From: Myxococcales bacterium
GTDB lineage: Bacteria; Myxococcota_A; UBA9042; JABWCM01; BTVJ01
Direction: 5' to 3'
Assembly: GCA_045863395.1 (NCBI GenBank)
Contig: BTVJ01000089.1
Span: 1 to 31,156, forward strand
Length of the DNA: 31,156 nucleotides
In this document: piece after piece, positions 24,655 to 31,156 of the stretch
Layout of the letters: each line of letters opens with the position of its first letter
How positions within the stretch are numbered: position 1 is the first letter of the stretch
Position numbers and translations under genes: made by a program
Notes under the pieces: generated by a model
What the model was told of the DNA's origin: nothing
Database searches by the model: none
What the model saw: the letters and a program-made list of their open reading frames with translations, nothing else

Positions 24655-25689
24655 ATGGCGGGTGACACGCCGACCGGGTCCCGGAAGGACCACCATCTAC
24701 GCATCTGCCTCGAGGAGGACGTCGGCTTCGCCGGCGTGCGAAACGGGTTCGAGCGCTACCGCTTCGACCACGACGCGCTGCCCGAGGTGGACCTGGCCGC
24801 GGTCACCACGGAGACCCGGGCCTTCGGCAAGGCGCTCAGCATGCCCCTGATGATCGGCGCGATGACCGGCGGCACGGCCAAGGCGGGGGAGGTCAACCGA
24901 ATCCTGGCGGCAGCCGCACAGCAGACGGGCATCGGCTTCGCCCTCGGCTCCCAGCGGCGCATGCTCGAGGAGGACGACGCCTTCGAGAGCTACGACATCC
25001 GCCAGATCGCGCCGGACGTGCTGCTCATGGGCAACATCGGCGCCGTCCAGCTCAACTGCGGCGTCACCCCCGAGATGGTGTCGCGGCTCGTGCGACGCAC
25101 TGGCTGCGACGTGATGGCCTTCCACCTGAACCCGCTCCAGGAGGCCATCCAGCCAGAGGGCGACACCAACTTCGCCGGCCTGTGCCACAAGATCGAGGAG
25201 GCCGCCGCCGCGCTCCCGGTCCCCGTCGTGCTCAAGGAGGTCGGCGCGGGCATCAGCGCGGTGACCGCGCAGAAGATCCGGCGCCTCCCGGTCGGGGGCG
25301 TCGAGGTCGCCGGCGTCGGTGGCACGTCGTGGTCGCGCATCGAGGCGCTCCGATCGAGCAACCGCATCCAGGCCGACACCGGCGAGGAGCTGGCCTCCTG
25401 GGGCATCCCCACGGCAGAGAGTCTGGTTACGTGCCGGCGCATGCTCCCGGACCTCCCGATCATCTGCTCTGGCGGCATGCGCACGGGCCTCGAGATCGCC
25501 AAGGCGCTGGCTTTGGGCGCGGACTTGTGCGCCATGGCCCTGCCCTTCCTGCAGGCTGCGCAGGGCGGCGTGGACGCCGTCGTCGAGCGCATCGAGCAGA
25601 TCCGGTACGAGCTTCGGACCGTGATGTTTCTCACGGGAGCCGCTACAGTGGAGGGGCTGCGGACGCGCGCGGTCCTCCGACGGATCTAG
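24655..25689 (+). CDS. fni: Type 2 (FMN-dependent) isopentenyl-diphosphate delta-isomerase, ~344 aa
   Basis: RKDHHLRIC, AMTGG, GSQR, NIGAVQL, HLNPLQEAIQPEGDTNF, KEVGAG, GGTSW, WGIPT, SGGMRTG. Start taken at ATG 24655 after GGAGAG. Confidence 0.95.
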   Translation: MAGDTPTGSRKDHHLRICLEEDVGFAGVRNGFERYRFDHDALPEVDLAAVTTETRAFGKALSMPLMIGAMTGGTAKAGEVNRILAAAAQQTGIGFALGSQRRMLEEDDAFESYDIRQIAPDVLLMGNIGAVQLNCGVTPEMVSRLVRRTGCDVMAFHLNPLQEAIQPEGDTNFAGLCHKIEEAAAALPVPVVLKEVGAGISAVTAQKIRRLPVGGVEVAGVGGTSWSRIEALRSSNRIQADTGEELASWGIPTAESLVTCRRMLPDLPIICSGGMRTGLEIAKALALGADLCAMALPFLQAAQGGVDAVVERIEQIRYELRTVMFLTGAATVEGLRTRAVLRRI

Positions 25690-25730
25690 GTTCCACCCAA
25701 GGACTGGAATTCACCCCCGGAGGGATACGA

Positions 25731-27062
25731 ATGATCGCTCAGCTTGCAAGGCTCGCGACCCGGCGCTACGAGGTGCAGATGAGGACGTCGCGGATCTCGG
25801 GCTTCTACAAGCTCCCCGTCGAGGAGCGGCTCTCACACGTTCAGCGCTTCGCGGGCCTGACCGACGAGGACGTCGCCACCCTGCTGGCGAGCGACAGCCT
25901 GTCCATGGCGCAAGCCGACCGCATGATCGAGAACGTGGGCGGCCTGTTCCACCTCCCGGTGGGCTTCGCAGCCAACTTTCGCATCGACGACGAGGACGTG
26001 CTGGTCCCGATGGTCATCGAGGAGCCCTCGGTGGTCGCCGCGTCCTCCAACGCCGCCCGCATGATGCGCGAGGGGCGCGGCATCGAGACCTCCGCCACCG
26101 CCCCGGTGATGGTCGGGCAGATCCAGGTGTGCAACATCCCGAACCTCCCGGCCGCCGAGGCGCGCGTACTCGCCGCGGAGCGCGTCCTGCTGGAGCACGC
26201 CAACGCCATGCACCCGCGGCTCCTGGCCCGCGGGGGGGGCGCCCGGCGCATCTCCCTGCACACGTTCCCCGACACCGCGGTGGGCCCCATGCTGGTCGTG
26301 CACATCCACGTGGACGTGCAGGACGCCATGGGCGCCAACCTGATCAACTCCATGGCGGAGGGCCTCGCCGAGCCCATCGAGACGCTGACGGGCGGCGAGG
26401 TCAACCTGCGGATCCTCTCCAACCTGGCCGACGAGCGGCTCGTCCATGCGACGGGACGTATCCCACTCTCGATGCTCGCGAACCGGAAGCTCGGCCTGAG
26501 CGGCGAGGCCGTCGCGGACCGCGTGGTCAGCGCCAGCGTGTTCGCGGAGGTGGACCCCCACCGGGCGGCGACCCACAACAAGGGCTTCATGAACGGCGTA
26601 GACGCGGTGCTCCTCGCGACGGGGCAGGACTGGCGCGCCGTCGAGGCGGGCGCCCACGCCTACGCCTCGCGCAGCGGCCGCTACACCGCGCTGTCCACCT
26701 GGCGCCGTGAGGACGAGGAGCTGGTCGGGCGCGTGACCATGCCCATGCAGGTCGGGACCGTCGGTGGCGTGACGAAGGTGCACCCGGTGGTCAGGGTGCT
26801 GCTCAAGGTGCTCGGCGTAGACGGCGCCGGTCACCTGGGGCGCATCGCAGCCGCCGTGGGCCTCGCCCAGAACCTGGCTGCCATCCTGGCGCTCGCCACC
26901 GAGGGCATCCAGCGGGGTCACATGTCGCTGCACGCGCGCAACATCGCGGCGTCTGCAGGAGCCAGCGACGAGCAGATCGACCAGGTGGTCAGCGAGATGG
27001 TCCGCACCCAGTGCTTCACGCACGAGACGGCGGAGCTGCTGGTCAAGGAGATCTGCCGATGA
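25731..27062 (+). CDS. mvaA: Class II hydroxymethylglutaryl-CoA reductase, ~443 aa (alternative start 25779)
   Basis: SRISGFYKL, MIENVGG, EEPSVVAA, DAMGAN, ILSNLA, RAATHNKGFMNG, GQDWRAVEAGAH, EGIQRGHMSLH. Confidence 0.93.
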   Translation: MIAQLARLATRRYEVQMRTSRISGFYKLPVEERLSHVQRFAGLTDEDVATLLASDSLSMAQADRMIENVGGLFHLPVGFAANFRIDDEDVLVPMVIEEPSVVAASSNAARMMREGRGIETSATAPVMVGQIQVCNIPNLPAAEARVLAAERVLLEHANAMHPRLLARGGGARRISLHTFPDTAVGPMLVVHIHVDVQDAMGANLINSMAEGLAEPIETLTGGEVNLRILSNLADERLVHATGRIPLSMLANRKLGLSGEAVADRVVSASVFAEVDPHRAATHNKGFMNGVDAVLLATGQDWRAVEAGAHAYASRSGRYTALSTWRREDEELVGRVTMPMQVGTVGGVTKVHPVVRVLLKVLGVDGAGHLGRIAAAVGLAQNLAAILALATEGIQRGHMSLHARNIAASAGASDEQIDQVVSEMVRTQCFTHETAELLVKEICR

Positions 27063-28078
27063 GCGCGGGCGCGAAGGTCCACGCAGCGCTGGAGCGGCTG
27101 CGGGGCGAGCACTGGCCGGCCATCGAGGCGGCCATGGGGCGGGTGGCTCCGCGCCGCGCGGGGGCCGGCACCCTCCCCGACATGACCTGGTACCACCTGG
27201 ACACGGGCGGCAAGCGGCTCCGGGCGGTCATCCCCCTGGCCATGGCCGAGGCGTGGGGGGCCGACCCGGCGGACCTGGTCTCGTTCGGCGCGGCGGTGGA
27301 GATGATCCACAACGCGACCCTGGTCCACGATGATCTGCAGGACGGCGACACGCACCGCCGGGGCCGCGAGACGGTCTGGCGTCGCTATGGCGCCCCCCAG
27401 GCCATCAACTGCGGCGACGCCATGTTCTTCTTCGCCCTGCGGCTGCTGGAGCAGCTCGACGCCGCTCCGGCAACCCGGGCGCGTCTGTCCTCGCTCGTCG
27501 CCCGCTGCACCCTCGACGTCATCGGCGGCCAGGTCGCGGAGTTCCAGCTCAAGGAGGCCGAGAGCCCCACGGAGGCCGCCTACCTGGCCATGGTCCGCGG
27601 CAAGACGGGCGGCCTGTTCGTTCTGCCGTTGACGGGCGCCGGGATGTTGCTGGGGCTGGACGAGCCTCGCCTTGCGGCTCTGGAGGAGGCAGGCTCCCAC
27701 CTGGGGGTCGTCTTCCAGGTGCAGGACGACCTGCTCGACCTGCTCGGCGACAAGGGGCGCGACCAGCGGGGCACGGACATCGCCGAGGGCAAGATCAGCC
27801 TGCCGGCGGCCCACTTCCTGGCGACGGCGCCGGAGCCCCGGCGCTCCGAGGTAGACGCGATCATCCGAAAGCCGCGGGAGGAGACCTCTGCGGCCGAGAT
27901 CGGGCGCGTAATGGACCTCTTCGAGCAGCACGGCTCCATTCGGCACGGGATCGCGCTGATCCAGCGCACGGAGCGTCAGGTCGCCGCGGCAGCAGCGCTG
28001 CTCGACAACCCGGAGGCTGCCTCGCTGCTCACGGGCCTGGTCGACGTGTTCCTGGAGCCCATCCGCCCTCACCTCTGA
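27059..28078 (+). CDS. Polyprenyl diphosphate synthase (probable GGPP synthase, CrtE/IdsA-like), ~339 aa
   Basis: ATGA overlap with the HMGR stop. Motifs: GGKRLR, first Asp-rich motif HNATLVHDDLQDGDTHRRG, GGQ, KTG, second motif FQVQDDLLD, DIAEGK. Confidence 0.9.
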   Translation: MSAGAKVHAALERLRGEHWPAIEAAMGRVAPRRAGAGTLPDMTWYHLDTGGKRLRAVIPLAMAEAWGADPADLVSFGAAVEMIHNATLVHDDLQDGDTHRRGRETVWRRYGAPQAINCGDAMFFFALRLLEQLDAAPATRARLSSLVARCTLDVIGGQVAEFQLKEAESPTEAAYLAMVRGKTGGLFVLPLTGAGMLLGLDEPRLAALEEAGSHLGVVFQVQDDLLDLLGDKGRDQRGTDIAEGKISLPAAHFLATAPEPRRSEVDAIIRKPREETSAAEIGRVMDLFEQHGSIRHGIALIQRTERQVAAAAALLDNPEAASLLTGLVDVFLEPIRPHL

Positions 28079-28095
28079 CCCGCTGAGGCATCGCC

Positions 28096-29742
28096 ATGAC
28101 CGACGTCATCGTCGTCGGGGCCGGCATCGCCGGCCTGACGTGCGCCCACGCCCTGGCGCGAGCAGGAAAGCGCGTGCTGGTGCTGGAGCACAACCACCAG
28201 GCCGGCGGCCTCATGGCCGGCATCTGGCGCAAGGGCTTCCACTTCGACGCGGGGGACCAGTCCTTCGAGAGCCTGGGCATGACGCTGCCGCTGCTCGAAG
28301 AGATGGGGATCCCCCGAAGTCGCTTCCGCCGCTCCACCTACCAGATCCGCATGCCGGGGCTCGACACGGTCGTCACGAGCCTCGACCAGCTCGAGGAGGC
28401 CTTTGCCGGGGCGTACCCGGCGGACAGGGCCGGCCTGCGCCGGGTCTTCGACGCGCACCGCCGCACGAGCGCCCTGTGCACCGCCGTCTCGGAGGGGGAC
28501 TGCATCCCCTACGTGGGGGACGGCGGGCAGAGGCGCGCCCGGCGCTGGGCCCGCCTGGCCGCGAGGCTCCTCCCCGAGGCCCGCATGCTCGCCGCATCGG
28601 TCACAGAGGAGTTCGGGCCGTGGTACGCCCGCCAGATGGCAGCAGGCCCGCTGCGGGACACCCTGGGAAGCGCCGGCTACAGCCGCATGAGCGTGTTCGT
28701 CGCGAGCGCCTTCTGGCATCTGTGGGCCAATGACTACTGGTACCCGGAGGGCGGCTACGCCCGGCTCTGGGAGGATCTGGTCCACGGGCTGCGCGCGGCG
28801 GGGGGCGAGGTGCGGTTCAAGACGACGGTGGCGGGACTGCGGACCCGCGGGGACCGGGCGACGGCGGTCGTCACGTCACGCGGCGAGCGCCTCGACGCGG
28901 ACACCATCGTGTGGACCGGCGACCTGCGCTCCGCGGTGATGCACCTTACGGGACCGGAGCGCTGGCCGCGCCGGGTCGTCGACGCAGTGCAGCGGGCCCC
29001 CCTGTCCGATCCGCTCGTGTCACTGTACCTCGGCCTCGACCTGCCACCGGAGTCGCTCCGTGAGACCCTGCGCGCGAGCCACCTGTTCTGGTTCCCCCAG
29101 CATGGGCGCACCCAGAACACGGCGCGCCCCGACGCGGATTTTCACGTGGGGCAGTTCCTGGAGGTCACCTCCCACTCCCTGACGGACCCCAGCCTCTGCC
29201 CACCTGGTCAGACCGGCCTCGTCGCCCAGTCCATGACCCGCTGGGACTGGGACCGCCACTGGGGCACCGCTGGCGACCCCATGGTCCGCGCCCGGGCCTA
29301 CGAGGACGCCAAGCGGCGCGTCGGCGATCAGCTCCTGGCGGGGCTCGCGCGGCTGCTGCCCGGCATCGAGGACCGCGTCGTGTTCCAGGACGTCGGCACG
29401 CCGCCGTCGACCATGCGCTTCACCCGCGCGGCCGACGGCGCCTCCTGCGGCTTCATGCTCAACCTGCTGGAGTTCCCCTTCAAGGCGACGCTGGCGCGCT
29501 TCACCACCCCGCTCCGGAACGTCCTGCTCGCGGGCCACGGCACTATTTGGCCGGGCTCAGTGCCCATGGCGGCCCTGAGTGGGCGCATCGTCGCCCAGCG
29601 CCTCATCGAGGGGTACTACACGCATGGGATCGGGCGCCTGACGGCCCGGCTGGTGGACACGGGCGCCCGCGCCGCCGTCCCCGACGGCCTGCGCGAGCTC
29701 CCTCTGGCGCCGAAGGTGCGCGCCCGCAAGGAGGCCGCCTGA
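28096..29742 (+). CDS. Phytoene desaturase-family FAD-dependent oxidoreductase (CrtI-like superfamily, divergent), 548 aa
   Basis: Rossmann motif VIVVGAGIAGL...VLE...GG, then FDAG, YPEGG, LYLGLD, GTP, TPLRNVLLAG...SG. Lies between the prenyl synthase and phytoene synthase genes. Confidence 0.78.
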   Translation: MTDVIVVGAGIAGLTCAHALARAGKRVLVLEHNHQAGGLMAGIWRKGFHFDAGDQSFESLGMTLPLLEEMGIPRSRFRRSTYQIRMPGLDTVVTSLDQLEEAFAGAYPADRAGLRRVFDAHRRTSALCTAVSEGDCIPYVGDGGQRRARRWARLAARLLPEARMLAASVTEEFGPWYARQMAAGPLRDTLGSAGYSRMSVFVASAFWHLWANDYWYPEGGYARLWEDLVHGLRAAGGEVRFKTTVAGLRTRGDRATAVVTSRGERLDADTIVWTGDLRSAVMHLTGPERWPRRVVDAVQRAPLSDPLVSLYLGLDLPPESLRETLRASHLFWFPQHGRTQNTARPDADFHVGQFLEVTSHSLTDPSLCPPGQTGLVAQSMTRWDWDRHWGTAGDPMVRARAYEDAKRRVGDQLLAGLARLLPGIEDRVVFQDVGTPPSTMRFTRAADGASCGFMLNLLEFPFKATLARFTTPLRNVLLAGHGTIWPGSVPMAALSGRIVAQRLIEGYYTHGIGRLTARLVDTGARAAVPDGLRELPLAPKVRARKEAA

Positions 29743-30638
29743 TGACCCGCACGCTGCGCAGGGGGTATCGCCAGTCACGCCGGATCCTCCAGGAGCACGG
29801 CCGCACCTTCGCGTTCATGACCCGCTTCATGACCCGCCCGCAGGCGCGCGGAGTCGCCGCGGTCTACGGCTTCGCCCGGACGGTGGACGACGCCGTCGAC
29901 GAGGCAGACGGGCTCACGGCGGGCGAGATCCAGGCGTCCCTCGTCCGGCTCCGGAGCGACCTGGAGGCGGCCGTGCGAGGCTCCTATGCCAGCGACCGCT
30001 TCGAGGCGCTCGCCCACACCATCCACACGTTCCGCATCCCGCTCCAGCCCTTCTTCGACCTCGTGGACGGGTGCGCCATGGACCTGACGCTCACCCGCGT
30101 CCCGGACTGGGAGCTGCTCGACCGCTACTGCTACGGCGTCGCGGGCACCATCGGGCTGATCCTCACACCGATCGTCGGCTATGAGGGGGGGCCAGCGACC
30201 CTGGAGTACGCCAAGCAGCTCGGCACGGCCATGCAGCTCACGAACATCCTGCGGGACGTGGGCGACGATCTGAACCGGGACCGCATCTACCTGCCCGCCG
30301 ACGAGCTGGCTCGCTTCGGCCTCGCGGAGGCGGATCTCTTCTCTCGGGTGCCCACCGCCGCCTTTCGCGCCCTCATGGAGTTCCAGGTCGGCCGCGCCCG
30401 CGCGCTCTACAGGCAGGGCGCGCGCCTGCTCCCGTTGGTCACCAGCGCGGCCGGAAGACTGGCATTTGCGGTCGGAATCGAGGGGTATGGCGCGATCCTG
30501 GACAAAATCGAGGAGAATGGCTACGACTCTCTCACTCGACGGGCCTTTACCACTACGCGGGAGAAGCTCATGACCATCCCTCCCTACCTGCTTGGCCGCG
30601 CAAGGCTGGCCCGCCCGGCGCCCACCGCAGACCTGTAA
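29742..30638 (+). CDS. crtB: Phytoene/squalene synthase family protein (CrtB-like), ~298 aa
   Basis: TGATG overlap with the upstream gene. Motifs: GRTF, YGFARTVDDAVD, DGCAMDL, YCYGVAGTIG, LGTAMQLTNILRDVGDD...RIYLP. Confidence 0.85.
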   Translation: MTRTLRRGYRQSRRILQEHGRTFAFMTRFMTRPQARGVAAVYGFARTVDDAVDEADGLTAGEIQASLVRLRSDLEAAVRGSYASDRFEALAHTIHTFRIPLQPFFDLVDGCAMDLTLTRVPDWELLDRYCYGVAGTIGLILTPIVGYEGGPATLEYAKQLGTAMQLTNILRDVGDDLNRDRIYLPADELARFGLAEADLFSRVPTAAFRALMEFQVGRARALYRQGARLLPLVTSAAGRLAFAVGIEGYGAILDKIEENGYDSLTRRAFTTTREKLMTIPPYLLGRARLARPAPTADL

Positions 30639-30670
30639 CCGCTGGCGCAGAGGAGGTTACACATCGCAGC

Positions 30671-30699
30671 TTGACGCAGCGCACCGCGTCCCCTAGATT
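30671..30699 (+). promoter_or_regulatory. Sigma70-type promoter with no convincing downstream CDS
   Basis: TTGACG-N17-TAGATT, 32 nt after the crtB stop. Confidence 0.6.
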
Positions 30700-30705
30700 G
30701 CCCTT

Positions 30706-30860
30706 CGAGACCCGAGATTGATATCCCGCTCCCCGACTTCGCAGGCGGCCCGCGAGGGCAGCGCCGCAGGCGGGGGATCAATCACGGCGCTTCGTGAGCT
30801 TCCTCAGCGCCGGCCGACCACGTTCGGCTGGCCACTCTCCCTGCTCTTTACCGTTCCTCA
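30706..30860 (+). ncRNA. Candidate structured small RNA (family not recognised)
   Basis: Lies directly downstream of the promoter. Long stem 30716-30730/30769-30783 (14 of 15 pairs) encloses a GCCC-GCGA-GGGC GNRA hairpin. Further stems at 30786-30811 and 30809-30832, then a CU-rich tail. G-U pairs favour the + strand. Confidence 0.4.
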
Positions 30861-30966
30861 CCCCTGCACCCACCACACAGTGCGGGGGGGCGACCCGGGG
30901 GGGGCGCGCCCCCCACCCCCCCACTCGTCGGGGGGGGCGCCCCCCCCCCCCGCCGCCGCGCCGCCG

Positions 30967-31155
30967 CTACTTGCGCAGCCCGAAGTAGCCGCGCAGCACC
31001 CACAGCCGCCGCCAGCGGTTCAGCCGCTCGAAGCGCGCGCGCCGCTGCGCGCCCATCGCGTCGGGCTGGAACTGCGCCCACTTCTTGTAGATGCCGCCCA
31101 GGTCCAGGCCCTCGAACCAGCGGCGCAGCGGCCCGGGCATCCAGCGCGTGGACAG
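30967..31155 (-). CDS. 3' end of an unidentified protein gene entering from the right edge
   Basis: Hand translation gives ...LSTRWMPGPLRRWFEGLDLGGIYKKWAQFQPDAMGAQRRARFERLNRWRRLWVLRGYFGLRK* with GC3-rich codons. The TAG abuts a low-quality stretch, so the true end is uncertain. Confidence 0.55.
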   Translation of the reverse strand: MSTRWMPGPLRRWFEGLDLGGIYKKWAQFQPDAMGAQRRARFERLNRWRRLWVLRGYFGLRK

Positions 31156-31156
31156 C

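Noticed and set aside
25182..25730. N-terminal extensions given by the ORF track for HMGR (also BKACE to 2965, CARDB to 13959, crtB from 29547)
   Set aside because: The extensions overlap neighbouring genes, lack family motifs, and better RBS-backed or translationally coupled starts exist downstream.
30740..30765. SRP RNA (ffs) helix 8, suggested by CAGG...GNRA...GCAG
   Set aside because: The spacing does not reproduce the CAGG/AGCA symmetric loop adjacent to the tetraloop stem.

Overview
High-GC bacterial DNA, most consistent with Myxococcota (MYXO-CTERM-type sorting signal, MopE-like/TSP3 Cys-Asp repeat lipoproteins, mevalonate-route isoprenoid genes). About 20 CDS; no rRNA, tRNA, CRISPR array or mobile element seen. 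Minus strand, left to right: truncated Cys/Asp-rich repeat lipoprotein, BKACE (DUF849) enzyme coupled to a diheme c-type cytochrome lipoprotein, MMPL/HpnN-like transporter, glycine-rich RRM protein with a long structured leader, SAM methyltransferase, two tandem HxsB-type radical SAM genes, Sua5, and a CARDB/MYXO-CTERM surface protein. Then a PLP aminotransferase, a 61-aa membrane protein, a ~2,780-aa lipoprotein with 25 tandem 70-aa six-Cys repeats, trxA, and an fni - class II HMG-CoA reductase - polyprenyl synthase - desaturase-family - crtB-like operon. The most striking feature is the HxsB pair. One copy is intact. Its full-length neighbour has lost the CxxxCxxC motif and most auxiliary-cluster cysteines (a pseudo-enzyme), and no HxsA/C/D or His-Xaa-Ser peptide is present in the window. 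A promoter-driven structured non-coding RNA candidate follows crtB. Two short G/C-run stretches look like base-calling errors. All calls come from reading motifs by eye; no searches were run.
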